This document shows, piece after piece, positions 48,102 to 57,898 of a stretch of 64,000 nt of DNA (position 1 is the stretch's first letter; each line of letters begins with the position of its first letter). Made by a program: the position numbers and the translations under genes. The DNA is from an uncultured virus (IMG/VR IMGVR_UViG_3300027996_000021) (lineage: Duplodnaviria; Heunggongvirae; Uroviricota; Caudoviricetes), in IMG/VR virus record IMGVR_UViG_3300027996_000021. One strand, given 5' to 3'. Below the pieces are notes generated by a model that did no database searches, was not told the DNA's origin, and saw only the letters and a program-made list of their open reading frames with translations.

Positions 48102-49565
48102 ATGTCTGATTTGATTATTTCTAAGAAAAATGAAGTATTTCTTAGGGTAAAGACTGAACCACACATTAAACACGAACTATCTGATCAATTTACTTTCGAT
48201 GTTGAGGGGGCAAAGTATATGCCCCAATATAGAAACAGATGGTGGGATGGAAAAATCAGATTATTCAATATTCAGACAGGAGAGATCTACATCGGCCTCT
48301 TGGACAAGTTGCTGAGATTTTGTGATGATCACGGATACAAATATAAGTTTGAAGATAACAAATATTATGGTCATCCGATTGACTTGAATCAGATGATTTC
48401 CTATGAGGGCGTCAAAGATTACATGACAAAGATCTCTGTACACAAACCCAGAGAATATCAGATTCAAGCAGTCTATGACGCTTTGAAGTGCAGTAGAAGA
48501 CTTATCGTATCACCAACAGGCTCAGGCAAATCATTGATGATTTATTCTGTTGTTAGATATTATGTTGAAAAAGGAAAAGATACTTTAATCATTGTCCCAA
48601 CAACTTCCCTTGTAGAACAGATGTACAAGGACTTTGCTGACTATGGATGGGACGTTGGATCTTACTGCCATAAGATCTATGGTGGCAAAGAAAGAGAAAC
48701 TGATAATCAGGTCATCATTACAACTTGGCAATCCATCTACAAACTCGACAGAAAATACTTTGAAAGATTTGAAGTTGTAGTTGGCGATGAAGCGCATCTA
48801 TTTAAATCTAAATCTCTAGTCAGCATCATGACTAAACTTGCTGATGCAAAATATAGATTTGGATTTACGGGTACACTTGATGGCAGTCAGACTCACAAGT
48901 GGATCCTGGAGGGTTTGTTTGGCCCATCATATTCAACAATCAAAACAAAAGAGTTAATCAAGGATAAGCATCTGTCAGACCTCGACGTAAAGATTATTAG
49001 ATTGCAGCATAAACCAAGAATCTTCGATAGTTATCAAGAAGAGATTCGATATCTTTGTGAAAATCCCCAGAGAAATAAGTTTATTAAAAACTTAGCTTTA
49101 ATTCAAAAAGGAAATACTTTGGTACTGTTTACCAGAGTTGAAACTCATGGTGAACCGCTATTTGAATTAATAAATAATTCGGTAAAAAATAATAGAAAAG
49201 TTTTCTTTGTTTATGGTGGGGTAGATACCGAAGACAGGGAAGAAATTAGAAGAATAACTGAAATGGAAGAAAACGCTATTATCGTCGCATCTTATGGAAC
49301 TTTTTCTACTGGCATCAACATTCGTAATCTTCATAATGTTATTTTTGCCTCACCGTCCAAGTCAAGAGTTAGAAACCTGCAAAGTATTGGTAGAGTCCTC
49401 AGAAAGAGTGAGAAGAAACTGAAGGCTACTCTTTTTGATATTGCGGATGATATTACCTTCAACAAAAAAAGAAATTACACTCTCAACCATTTAGTTGAAA
49501 GATTGAAATTATACAAAGAAGAAAAATTTAATTATGAGATTATAAACGTTGCTTTGAATCAATAA
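48102..49565 (+). CDS. uvsW: RNA-DNA/DNA helicase UvsW
   Basis: SPTGSGKS, GDEAH, GFTGT and QSIGRVLR SF2 motifs. Confidence 0.95.
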   Translation: MSDLIISKKNEVFLRVKTEPHIKHELSDQFTFDVEGAKYMPQYRNRWWDGKIRLFNIQTGEIYIGLLDKLLRFCDDHGYKYKFEDNKYYGHPIDLNQMISYEGVKDYMTKISVHKPREYQIQAVYDALKCSRRLIVSPTGSGKSLMIYSVVRYYVEKGKDTLIIVPTTSLVEQMYKDFADYGWDVGSYCHKIYGGKERETDNQVIITTWQSIYKLDRKYFERFEVVVGDEAHLFKSKSLVSIMTKLADAKYRFGFTGTLDGSQTHKWILEGLFGPSYSTIKTKELIKDKHLSDLDVKIIRLQHKPRIFDSYQEEIRYLCENPQRNKFIKNLALIQKGNTLVLFTRVETHGEPLFELINNSVKNNRKVFFVYGGVDTEDREEIRRITEMEENAIIVASYGTFSTGINIRNLHNVIFASPSKSRVRNLQSIGRVLRKSEKKLKATLFDIADDITFNKKRNYTLNHLVERLKLYKEEKFNYEIINVALNQ

Positions 49566-50020
49566 TGAATTCAGACTTAGCTAAGGAATTTTATTGCACA
49601 TTAAAATTAGTTTCTGGTGAGGAGATTGTATCTCTCATCATGGTTGATGATTCTAATGAAGAAGATCCTATTCTCATCTTACAGGAACCCATTGTAATTA
49701 AATACACAACTCAAGGAAGTTACACTCAATTAAAAATTGAGCCTTGGATGAAATTATGCAATGATGATATCTATTTCATAAGATTATCAAATATAATTGT
49801 CATGAGTGAAATTAGTGACATTGAATTGATTGATATGTACAAAGAATTTAATGAATCAAGACATGAGTACAACAATCAAAGTGATGAATATGATATTGAG
49901 TTAACTGACAAAAGAATTGTAACAAAGAATATGGGATTTTTAGGATCTGTATCTGAGATGAAAAAGAATCTAGAGAGTCTTTATAATATAGATATTAAAG
50001 ATAATCATAAAGAGCTTTAA
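49565..50020 (+). CDS. conserved hypothetical protein (Sm-like N-terminus)
   Basis: LKLVSGEEIV...PWM; usual position before gp55. Confidence 0.75.
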   Translation: MNSDLAKEFYCTLKLVSGEEIVSLIMVDDSNEEDPILILQEPIVIKYTTQGSYTQLKIEPWMKLCNDDIYFIRLSNIIVMSEISDIELIDMYKEFNESRHEYNNQSDEYDIELTDKRIVTKNMGFLGSVSEMKKNLESLYNIDIKDNHKEL

Positions 50021-50045
50021 TTTCTTTTCATCCTGGACAAGCCAG

Positions 50046-50074
50046 ATTGTACTTGATTTTGAGTACCTTGTCAA
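50046..50074 (-). promoter_or_regulatory. antisense sigma70 promoter TTGACA-17-TACAAT
   Basis: Reverse complement of TGTCAA (50069-50074) and ATTGTA (50046-50051). Confidence 0.65.
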
Positions 50075-50096
50075 GCTTTGTTTTGTATGTTATAAT
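50068..50096 (+). promoter_or_regulatory. sigma70 promoter TTGTCA-17-TATAAT (extended TGn -10) for gp55
   Basis: Seen directly; 24 nt before the ATG at 50121. Confidence 0.75.
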
Positions 50097-50120
50097 ATTA
50101 TCAATAGACAGTATACGATA

Positions 50121-50627
50121 ATGCCCAAAAAGAAACCAGAACATTATGTAAACAATAAAGAGTTCCTTGCTGAAATCAACAAATATAAAGGTTTTTTGAA
50201 AGTAGCTGAGGAAGAGGGAAAAACAAAGTCAGATTTATTGAGGGAATCGAGAGAGTTTAGGAAAACTCACGAATATCTTGGCACCTGCTTTAAAAAGATT
50301 GGTGATCACCTATCACATAAACCGAACTTTGTAAATTACATGTTCAAAGAGGATATGATCTCTGATGGCCTAGAAAATTGTATTGAATATGTCACAAACT
50401 TTGATCCAGAGAAGAGTTCAAACCCCTTTGCATACTTTACTCAGATTATTTACTTCGCATTCCTAAGAAGAATTGGTAAGGAAAAGAAGCAACTTGAGAT
50501 CAAGAATCGTATCATTGAAAAGTCTGGATTTGCCGAAGTTATGACAGTTGACGATAGCTTGCTTTCTGGCACCAGTTCAGACTATAATACGATCAAGGAA
50601 AACATTCAGACGAAAATGAACCGATGA
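50121..50627 (+). CDS. gp55: late transcription sigma factor gp55
   Basis: HYVNNKEFL, KPNFVNY, DMISDGLENC and NPFAYFTQIIYFAFLRRI. Confidence 0.95.
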   Translation: MPKKKPEHYVNNKEFLAEINKYKGFLKVAEEEGKTKSDLLRESREFRKTHEYLGTCFKKIGDHLSHKPNFVNYMFKEDMISDGLENCIEYVTNFDPEKSSNPFAYFTQIIYFAFLRRIGKEKKQLEIKNRIIEKSGFAEVMTVDDSLLSGTSSDYNTIKENIQTKMNR

Positions 50628-50884
50628 CTCACGAAGAAATGCTGGATGAAGCACAACGTCGCGAAGAAAACAACTACGAATGGATTGATGATTGTTTTCG
50701 TGTATGGGAAACCAGATACGGTATGTGGTCATCAGAAACAAAAGAAGGCAGAAAGATGCTAACAGGTATGCATAAAGATAATGTTATTATAATGACAAGA
50801 TGGCACCTAAAGTGTGAGCAAGAAGGATGGCCAGAAGGTAGTGTTCGTGTTGTGAATTCTGCTGTTATGGGAGTTAAACTTTGA
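50624..50884 (+). CDS. hypothetical protein
   Basis: Coupled ORF between gp55 and gp47. Confidence 0.75.
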   Translation: MTHEEMLDEAQRREENNYEWIDDCFRVWETRYGMWSSETKEGRKMLTGMHKDNVIIMTRWHLKCEQEGWPEGSVRVVNSAVMGVKL

Positions 50885-51930
50885 AAATTGCAATCATAAC
50901 TGACCAGCACTTTGGAGCTAGAAAAGGAAACAAGAACCTTCATGAATACTTCAAAAAATTCTACGACACCATCTTCTTCCCAACCCTTGAAAAAGAAGGA
51001 ATCGATACTGTTATCGATATGGGTGACACTTTCGACACTCGTAAAGGAATTGATTTTTGGTCTCTTGATTGGGCTAAGAAGAACTACTATGACCGTCTTC
51101 AGTCTATGGGTGTCACTGTGCATACAATTGTCGGAAATCACACGGCTTATTACAAAGACACTAACGACATTAACTCTGTTGACTTACTATTGCGAGAGTA
51201 TGATAACGTTGTTGTTTATGGAAGTCCTACCGAAGTTAAATTTGAGAATCTAAAAACATTTTTTATTCCTTGGATCAATGATGAGAATCGTCAAGAGACG
51301 ATTGATTTAATGGCAAGGACAGATTCAAGAGTTGTTTTTGGTCATCTTGAGATGAGAGGATTTTTTGCAAATAAAACTTATATTTGTGAACATGGCGAAG
51401 ATAAAACAAACTATAAGAAGTTTGAAAAGGTTTTTTCTGGACACTATCATCATAGAAATTTTCAAGATAATATCTACTACCTTGGAAATCCATATGAAAT
51501 TTATTGGCATGATGTAGAAGAAACTAGAGGATGTCACATTTTTGATACCGAAACTTTAGAGCATACTCCAGTAAATAATCCACATAGATTATTTCATATT
51601 ATTTCATATGAAGATACTCCACATCAAACCTTTAATGCAGAACCATATAAAGATAAAATTGTTAAAGTTGTAGTTAATAAAAAAACTAACGGATCTAAGT
51701 TTGAAAGATTTATTGATAAACTTTATCAAGCTGGAGTGAATGACTTGAAGATTATTGAAAATTTTGATTTTAATGGTTTTTATCAAAGTGATGAATTTAC
51801 AACTGATGAGTCAGAAAATACACTCTCTATTTTGAATAGATATGTTGATGAATCTGAATGTAGTTTAAATACTTCAAAGGTAAAATCAATTTTAGAAAAA
51901 GTTTACGCTTCAGCTTGCGAGGTTGATTAA
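50881..51930 (+). CDS. gp47: recombination endonuclease gp47 (Mre11/SbcD-like)
   Basis: DQHFG, MGDTFD, GNH, GHL and SGHYH metallophosphoesterase motifs; TTG start. Confidence 0.95.
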   Translation: MKIAIITDQHFGARKGNKNLHEYFKKFYDTIFFPTLEKEGIDTVIDMGDTFDTRKGIDFWSLDWAKKNYYDRLQSMGVTVHTIVGNHTAYYKDTNDINSVDLLLREYDNVVVYGSPTEVKFENLKTFFIPWINDENRQETIDLMARTDSRVVFGHLEMRGFFANKTYICEHGEDKTNYKKFEKVFSGHYHHRNFQDNIYYLGNPYEIYWHDVEETRGCHIFDTETLEHTPVNNPHRLFHIISYEDTPHQTFNAEPYKDKIVKVVVNKKTNGSKFERFIDKLYQAGVNDLKIIENFDFNGFYQSDEFTTDESENTLSILNRYVDESECSLNTSKVKSILEKVYASACEVD

Positions 51931-52193
51931 TGTATATGCTTATTCATAAAAAAAGAAAAATGGAAGGTGCTTATGCAGTCTACAATAGAAAGCGTGAGAA
52001 AATTTTATTTTTCTTTGAAGAAGCAGATGATGCCGAAAGATATGCTATGATGTTGGAAACTCAGGATGAGGAAACTGGTTCAGTAGAAGCAGTAGAAGTT
52101 GATTCTGAACTTGCCATTAAAACTTGTGTGTTAAAAGGAGTAAATTATATAATTATTACACCCGATGATTTTGTTGTTCCACCAGTAAAATAG
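51930..52193 (+). CDS. hypothetical protein (DUF3110-like)
   Basis: EGAYAV...FEEADDAERYAMML...VVPP. Confidence 0.7.
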   Translation: MYMLIHKKRKMEGAYAVYNRKREKILFFFEEADDAERYAMMLETQDEETGSVEAVEVDSELAIKTCVLKGVNYIIITPDDFVVPPVK

Positions 52194-52194
52194 T

Positions 52195-53904
52195 ATGATT
52201 TTATTTGAGAGTATTCGTTGGCGCAATTTTTTGTCAACAGGTGATCAATGGACTGAAATAAATTTTGTTGAAAACAGTAATACTATTATTATTGGTTCCA
52301 ATGGATCTGGAAAATCAACTTTGCTAGATGCATTGTCTTTTTCCTTATTCAATAAACCATTCCGCAAAATTAATAAACCACAATTAGTCAACACAGTCAA
52401 TGAAAAGACTTGTCTTGTGGAGGTTAAATTTGAGGTTGGAAATAAAAAATATTTTGTTCGGAGAGGAATGAAACCGAACGTCTTTGATATTGAAGTCAAT
52501 GGAGTAGCTCTTCATAAAGAAGCAGATGATAGATCAAATCAAAGAATATTAGAAGAGAATATTTTAAAACTAAATCATAAATCTTTTACTCAAGTTGTAA
52601 TTCTGGGAAGCTCAACATTTGTTCCCTTTATGCAATTGTCTAGTGGTCATCGTAGAGAAGTTATTGAGGATATTTTAGACATTAGAATTTTCTCTGCAAT
52701 GAATTCACTCATCAAAGAAAACATTAAAACCTATAGAGAAAAAACAAAAATTCTTGATGTAAAAAAAGAATCTTTTCTTGAAAAAATTAGGATGCAACAA
52801 AATTTTATTGATGAGTTAGAAAATCGTAGTAAACAAAATATTAAACAGAAAGAAGATGGTATTCAAAATCTTCTTGTGGAAGAGAATGATACTATTAATA
52901 ACAATTCTGAAACTCAAATTAAAGTCAATGATCTTCAGAAAGATTTGGAATTATATTCTAGTGCTTCTATAAAGTTGCGTAAACTAGGGAATCTTAGAGG
53001 TAAAATATCTCAAAAGGTATCTACCATTACTAAAGAGCATAAGTTCTTCACAGAAAATACGGTCTGCCCTACATGTACACAAGACATAGAAGAAGAGTTT
53101 CGATTAAATAGAATTAGTGCTGCTCAAAATAAAGCACAAGAGTTGCAATCTGGTTTCAATGAACTGGAGAGTGCAATTAAAGAGGAAGAACAACGAGAGC
53201 AGCAATTCAAAACTATTAGTAGGGAGATTGTAAACCTCAACCATGAGATTTCTAAAAACAATTCAACAATATCTAGTTTTCAGAGGCAGGTACGTCAACT
53301 CGAATCTGAAATTCAAACTATTGCCAGTCAGCTCGAGAATAGAAATTCTGAACATGAGAAATTAATTTCATTTCAGACACAATTAGATAAACTCTATACA
53401 GATCTTTCTGAGCATAAAGAATCTCTAAAATACTACGACTTTGCGTTTTCACTTCTCAAAGATGGTGGGGTCAAGAGACAAATCATTAAAAAATATTTGC
53501 CTCTAATAAATCAACAAGTTAATCGTTACTTGAGGATGATGGATTTTTACATCAACTTCCAGTTAGATGAAGAATTTAATGAGACTATTCAATCCCCTAT
53601 TCATGACAAATTCTCATATGCATCTTTCAGTGAAGGTGAAAAAATGAGAATTGATCTTGCATTGTTGTTTACCTGGAGAGAGATTGCTAGATCTAAAAAT
53701 TCTGTCAATACTAATCTTCTTGTCATGGATGAAGTTTTTGATAGTTCTCTAGATGGATTTGGTACAGAAGAATTTTTAAAGATTATCAAATATGTTATTA
53801 AGGGTGCAAATACCTTTGTAATCTCCCATAAAGACGGCCTTTATGATAAATTTGATAACGTAATTAAATTTGATAAGGTAAAAGGTTTTAGTAAAATAGT
53901 CTAA
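52195..53904 (+). CDS. gp46: recombination ATPase gp46 (Rad50/SbcC-like)
   Basis: GSNGSGKST, CPTC zinc hook, FSEGEKMR and MDEVFDSSLD. Confidence 0.96.
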   Translation: MILFESIRWRNFLSTGDQWTEINFVENSNTIIIGSNGSGKSTLLDALSFSLFNKPFRKINKPQLVNTVNEKTCLVEVKFEVGNKKYFVRRGMKPNVFDIEVNGVALHKEADDRSNQRILEENILKLNHKSFTQVVILGSSTFVPFMQLSSGHRREVIEDILDIRIFSAMNSLIKENIKTYREKTKILDVKKESFLEKIRMQQNFIDELENRSKQNIKQKEDGIQNLLVEENDTINNNSETQIKVNDLQKDLELYSSASIKLRKLGNLRGKISQKVSTITKEHKFFTENTVCPTCTQDIEEEFRLNRISAAQNKAQELQSGFNELESAIKEEEQREQQFKTISREIVNLNHEISKNNSTISSFQRQVRQLESEIQTIASQLENRNSEHEKLISFQTQLDKLYTDLSEHKESLKYYDFAFSLLKDGGVKRQIIKKYLPLINQQVNRYLRMMDFYINFQLDEEFNETIQSPIHDKFSYASFSEGEKMRIDLALLFTWREIARSKNSVNTNLLVMDEVFDSSLDGFGTEEFLKIIKYVIKGANTFVISHKDGLYDKFDNVIKFDKVKGFSKIV

Positions 53905-53928
53905 ATAATCAGGATATGACTTAGGTTT

Positions 53929-54243
53929 ATGCTTTCTACACAGTACAGACTGCGCCTAGAATTCATCTGCAAGTGTATCGCAAATGGGGAAGAAGTAAAG
54001 TTGTCTGATATGATTTGGGCAAATAAACTTGCAAAGGCAAATACCTCTGCCAATGAAATGTTAAAGATGGCCCGCCGTCAAATTACACATAAGATTGAAG
54101 AAGGTAGTGCAGATGATTTTCTGAATAGGATGGGATTAGGTGATCCCGACCCATCTAACCATAGAACAGGATTCACTGATGCTGATGATATTAAAGACTG
54201 GTTCAAACAAGACAAACCAGACGACTGGCGTCAGAGAGATTGA
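53929..54243 (+). CDS. conserved hypothetical protein
   Basis: MLSTQYRLRL...DDWRQRD; CTAAATA at 53901-53907. Confidence 0.75.
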   Translation: MLSTQYRLRLEFICKCIANGEEVKLSDMIWANKLAKANTSANEMLKMARRQITHKIEEGSADDFLNRMGLGDPDPSNHRTGFTDADDIKDWFKQDKPDDWRQRD

Positions 54244-54363
54244 TTATGTTTGTATCTGCACATGGGACCCTATTTTTGAGATGATGCGGTATCATTGGGT
54301 ACACAAGTCAGAAAAGGATCCTGTGCAATTCGTAAAAAATCTCAACCCAGAGCAAAAAGTGTT

Positions 54364-54657
54364 ATGAAGCAACTTTTTCTAGTTCCTGATGGTGATGACA
54401 GATGTGTCACTCATGATGGACATGTCCAGATGGGTAGTTTCAATCACTCAGTAGAAAAGCATCTTGAGTTATGTCCTGATCAAGACTGGCAGGTAACATA
54501 CTGGATGCCCGATCCATTGGGGTTGAGGTATAAGCGAGCAAACTTCCAGCATACTATGAAAGCAAACGAAGGTTCTGCTAGAACTGATAATGCTGGTGAT
54601 AGTCGTCCTAGGGACTTTCCTGGTCAAGCAGAAAATCGATTGGAGAGAACATTATGA
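54364..54657 (+). CDS. hypothetical protein (97 aa)
   Basis: ATG 54364 in an ATGA overlap. Confidence 0.7.
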   Translation: MKQLFLVPDGDDRCVTHDGHVQMGSFNHSVEKHLELCPDQDWQVTYWMPDPLGLRYKRANFQHTMKANEGSARTDNAGDSRPRDFPGQAENRLERTL

Positions 54658-54794
54658 AGATGTGGGAGACAAAGTGTGTTGGGTGTGGTAAAATGGTTCC
54701 AGCGAATCAAACACCTCAAGTAGGACACCAAGCACCTGACGGTAGTTGGACAAATTCGTTATGTAAAACTTGCTGGATAAAATCTAAGAAATGA
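54654..54794 (+). CDS. small zinc-finger-like protein (46 aa; CVGC...CKTC)
   Basis: Translated by hand; GGAG upstream; ATGA overlaps at both ends. Confidence 0.7.
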   Translation: MKMWETKCVGCGKMVPANQTPQVGHQAPDGSWTNSLCKTCWIKSKK

Positions 54795-55066
54795 AATTTC
54801 AAGCATTAGTATTCATCCGATTACGATCTCAGGTAGATGACTCACCAGGCAACGCCGTGAGAGATGCCTGTAAGCGATTGTCCGAGTTAGACATCAAGAA
54901 ACTGAGACTTGGTAAGGTCATTGATGTTTGGTTGGAAGCAGAGAGCAGAGCGGCAGCTGCGAGGGAACTTGAAATGCTATCTGATAGATTCCTTGCTAAC
55001 ACAGTCATGGAAGACTGGGACTACGAACTGACTGAGATTGACACTTTCCCTGAAGGTATTGAATAA
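54791..55066 (+). CDS. purS: phosphoribosylformylglycinamidine synthase subunit PurS (auxiliary metabolic gene)
   Basis: LRSQVDDSPGNAV...LRLGKVI...LANTVMEDW, the PurS signature. Confidence 0.85.
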   Translation: MKFQALVFIRLRSQVDDSPGNAVRDACKRLSELDIKKLRLGKVIDVWLEAESRAAAARELEMLSDRFLANTVMEDWDYELTEIDTFPEGIE

Positions 55067-55269
55067 TGGATGATTTTAACACACCAGGATCTAATAAATC
55101 TTGGATGGACGATGGGTTCAAAAAATATATAACTGAGTATCAACTAGATAATGTTGTGAAATTACTAGATGCTAAAATAGAACGTTGTCGTGTTTACAAT
55201 AGCGACAATAGAGATGAAGTATATAATCAAATCACCATTACTTACAAAGAAGACACATGCAAGCAGTAA
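55066..55269 (+). CDS. hypothetical protein
   Basis: Coupled ORF. Confidence 0.65.
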   Translation: MDDFNTPGSNKSWMDDGFKKYITEYQLDNVVKLLDAKIERCRVYNSDNRDEVYNQITITYKEDTCKQ

Positions 55270-55520
55270 TCTATTCTAACGGTAGTCAAGAGTGTGAGCG
55301 TATCACAGCATTACTTAAGTCAATGGGCGGAGAGTTCCATGAGTATAACCTCAACGAACACTTTACTCAAAGAGCGTTTGAAGCAGAGTTTGGACCTGAG
55401 GCTACATATCCCCAGGTTGCCATTGGTGCCAAGCATCTTGGTAGTCTAAAAGATGTGCTACACTTCCTAAAGGAGAACCATTTGTTAAATGAAAGTCCCC
55501 AATTGGCAACATCACTCTAA
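55257..55520 (+). CDS. glutaredoxin-like protein
   Basis: VIYSNGSQECER...ATYPQVAIG..HLG; thioredoxin fold with a single Cys. Confidence 0.75.
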   Translation: MQAVIYSNGSQECERITALLKSMGGEFHEYNLNEHFTQRAFEAEFGPEATYPQVAIGAKHLGSLKDVLHFLKENHLLNESPQLATSL

Positions 55521-55710
55521 GAAGAGTCAAAAAAGAAAACTCAAACCGCAGGCGATGAGATCTCGTCGCGCTGCCTTGAGCCACTTTAAAAAGTGTCACA
55601 GTACCTCGCCCAAAAAGCGAGGTTCTTTTGTATACTACGTTCATACGAAACAAATCAATGGCAGTTTCTCACGAAATCAAATCTCAACTTGCCAAACTTC
55701 TAGCAACTGA
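55489..55710 (+). CDS. small basic hypothetical protein
   Basis: AAGGAG upstream; MKVPNWQHHSKK...; 3' extent doubtful because it runs through a terminator and promoter. Confidence 0.5.
   Translation: MKVPNWQHHSKKSQKRKLKPQAMRSRRAALSHFKKCHSTSPKKRGSFVYYVHTKQINGSFSRNQISTCQTSSN
55603..55629 (+). terminator. intrinsic terminator
   Basis: ACCTCGC-CCAAAAA-GCGAGGT-TCTTTT. Confidence 0.65.
55631..55636 (+). promoter_or_regulatory. early/middle -10 box TATACT
   Basis: Followed by a CATACGAAACAAATC leader like the one at 252-266. Confidence 0.6.
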
Positions 55711-57820
55711 AGATCTGGTTGTTGAGCATAAGAAGGTTCGTACTGCTTCCTTTAACGTCCATACACGGGTCCTAACTCTTCCTATGTGGGAAAAGGCGTC
55801 TAATATCGTTTATGATCTTCTGGTGGGTCATGAAGTGGGCCATGCATTGTATACTCCTGATATAGATTGGAGTAAAGATAGAGTTATCCCACCATCTTTT
55901 GTAAATATTGTTGAAGATGCTCGTATCGAAAAGATGATGAAGCGTCGTTATGGTGGTCTATCTAAAACTTTCTTCGCTGGTTATCAAGAACTTTCAGACG
56001 AAGATTTTTTTGAAGTTGAAGATGAAGATATTAGTAAAATGAGTCTTGCAGATCGTGCAAATCTATACTTCAAAATTGGAAACTATGTTGATATTCCTTT
56101 TGCTAATCAGGAGGAGGATCGTCTGATCCAAGCAGTTGCAAATTGTGAAACATTTGATGATGTTCTTGATGTGTCCGAAGAAATTTATAATTACTGTAAA
56201 GAGACTCAAGAAAATAATTCTGTAGATTTAAAACCAACATCACAAAATCAAGACCCTAATGGTCAACAGGATAGTGATCAACAGCAAGATAAAGAATGGT
56301 TTACTGAAGAAAATCCTGATGAAAAGGGTGAAGAATTAGAAAGAACTGATCCAGATCTTGATACTCCAAGTTATCAGCAGGAAGATCAACCCTCTGATAA
56401 TGAACCAGAAGTTAAGACTGATGCAGCTTTCGATAAAAATATTGAAGATCTTATTGATGATTTATCTACTACTGAGAATAATTATGTTGAACTTCCAAAA
56501 CTTGATCTGAATAAAATCATTGTAGATACTACAAAGTTTCATGATTATCTAAACAAATCTTTTGATGATATGCAAGAAGAATCTGATAGTAGACATATCA
56601 TGTATGAAAGAACTCCAGTTAATATCTATGAAATAGCTGATACTCAGTATAAAAAATTTAAAAAATCTGCTCAGAAAGAAGTCAGTTATCTTGTAAAAGA
56701 ATTTGAATGTAAAAAATCTGCTGCTTCTTATTCCCGAGCAACTACTGCTCGTACTGGAGTTTTAGATTGTTCCAAACTACACACCTATAAGTACAACGAA
56801 GATCTCTTTAAGAAAGTTACAACTCTTGCTGATGGTAAGAACCATGGTTTGGTGTTTGTTCTTGATTGGAGTGGTTCAATGTCAGGAACTCTTTTGGACA
56901 CTATCAAACAACTATTCAACTTGATTTGGTTTTGTAAAAAAACTAATATTCCTTTTGAAGTCTATGCGTTCACTAACAACTGGAGAGAACCTGATCCTAA
57001 TCACAATGGATATTTTAAAATGCCAGATCCATCTTATGAATTAAAAGATGGTATTCTACAAGTCAGTAAAGACTTTAATCTACTTAATATGCTCAGTAAT
57101 AGAATCAAAACTTCCGAGTTTGAAAATTGTATGAAAAATGTCTGGAGACTTTGTGCTGCATATAGTAACACATCTAGCATGTATGATGTTCCATCTCATG
57201 CTGGATTATCTGGAACACCTCTCAATGAAGCAATTGTTTGCCTAAATCAAATTCTTCCAGACTTTAAAAAGAAAAACAAACTTGAAAAAGTTCAATGTGT
57301 TATTTTGACTGATGGTGAAGCTCATCCTCTAAATCGTCACGTTGAAATCTCATATGCATATAATAAAGAAGAAAGTTTTATTGGCACTAGGTCTGTTTAT
57401 CCAAATGCAACTTTTCTTCGTGATCGTAAACTTGGTAAAACCTATTGTTTTGGTTATGGGTATCATAAGTTCACGGAAACTCTTTTAAATAATCTTCGTG
57501 ATCGTTATCCAGATATTAACTTTATTGGTATTCGTGTTCTTGGTCCTCGCGAAGCAACAAAATTCATGCAAATGTATTTAAAATCTGAAGAGTTTCTTAA
57601 TGCAGAAAAATCTTGGAAAAATAATCGTAGTTTTTCTATGAAAAATGTGGGATACACTGCATACTTTGGGTTATCTTCTAACGGACTTTCCCAGAATTCT
57701 GAATTTGAAGTTAATGATAATGCAACTAAAGGTCAAATCCGAAGTGCATTCAAGAAGTCTTTAAACTCTAAGAAAATGAACAAGAAAGTTCTTTCAGAAT
57801 TCATCTCTCTTGTTTGCTGA
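55658..57820 (+). CDS. HExxH metallopeptidase-like plus vWA domain protein (CobT-like)
   Basis: HEVGH...NIVEDARIE; acidic linker; MIDAS DWSGS, GTPL and LTDGE. Confidence 0.85.
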   Translation: MAVSHEIKSQLAKLLATEDLVVEHKKVRTASFNVHTRVLTLPMWEKASNIVYDLLVGHEVGHALYTPDIDWSKDRVIPPSFVNIVEDARIEKMMKRRYGGLSKTFFAGYQELSDEDFFEVEDEDISKMSLADRANLYFKIGNYVDIPFANQEEDRLIQAVANCETFDDVLDVSEEIYNYCKETQENNSVDLKPTSQNQDPNGQQDSDQQQDKEWFTEENPDEKGEELERTDPDLDTPSYQQEDQPSDNEPEVKTDAAFDKNIEDLIDDLSTTENNYVELPKLDLNKIIVDTTKFHDYLNKSFDDMQEESDSRHIMYERTPVNIYEIADTQYKKFKKSAQKEVSYLVKEFECKKSAASYSRATTARTGVLDCSKLHTYKYNEDLFKKVTTLADGKNHGLVFVLDWSGSMSGTLLDTIKQLFNLIWFCKKTNIPFEVYAFTNNWREPDPNHNGYFKMPDPSYELKDGILQVSKDFNLLNMLSNRIKTSEFENCMKNVWRLCAAYSNTSSMYDVPSHAGLSGTPLNEAIVCLNQILPDFKKKNKLEKVQCVILTDGEAHPLNRHVEISYAYNKEESFIGTRSVYPNATFLRDRKLGKTYCFGYGYHKFTETLLNNLRDRYPDINFIGIRVLGPREATKFMQMYLKSEEFLNAEKSWKNNRSFSMKNVGYTAYFGLSSNGLSQNSEFEVNDNATKGQIRSAFKKSLNSKKMNKKVLSEFISLVC

Positions 57821-57870
57821 TCCAGTTTAGAAACTGGCGGCCACCCCTTCCATTTTTATTCATTATCCCC

Positions 57871-57876
57871 TATAAT
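57871..57876 (+). promoter_or_regulatory. early/middle -10 box TATAAT
   Basis: CCCC-TATAAT-AAGTAC-ATCAAACAAACC. Confidence 0.65.
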
Positions 57877-57898
57877 AAGTACATCAAACAAACCACCC

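Noticed and set aside
36362..53904. Introns, inteins or homing endonucleases in gp17, gp20, gp23, uvsW or gp46
   Set aside because: ORFs are continuous and of ordinary length; no splicing, LAGLIDADG or HNH motifs were recognised
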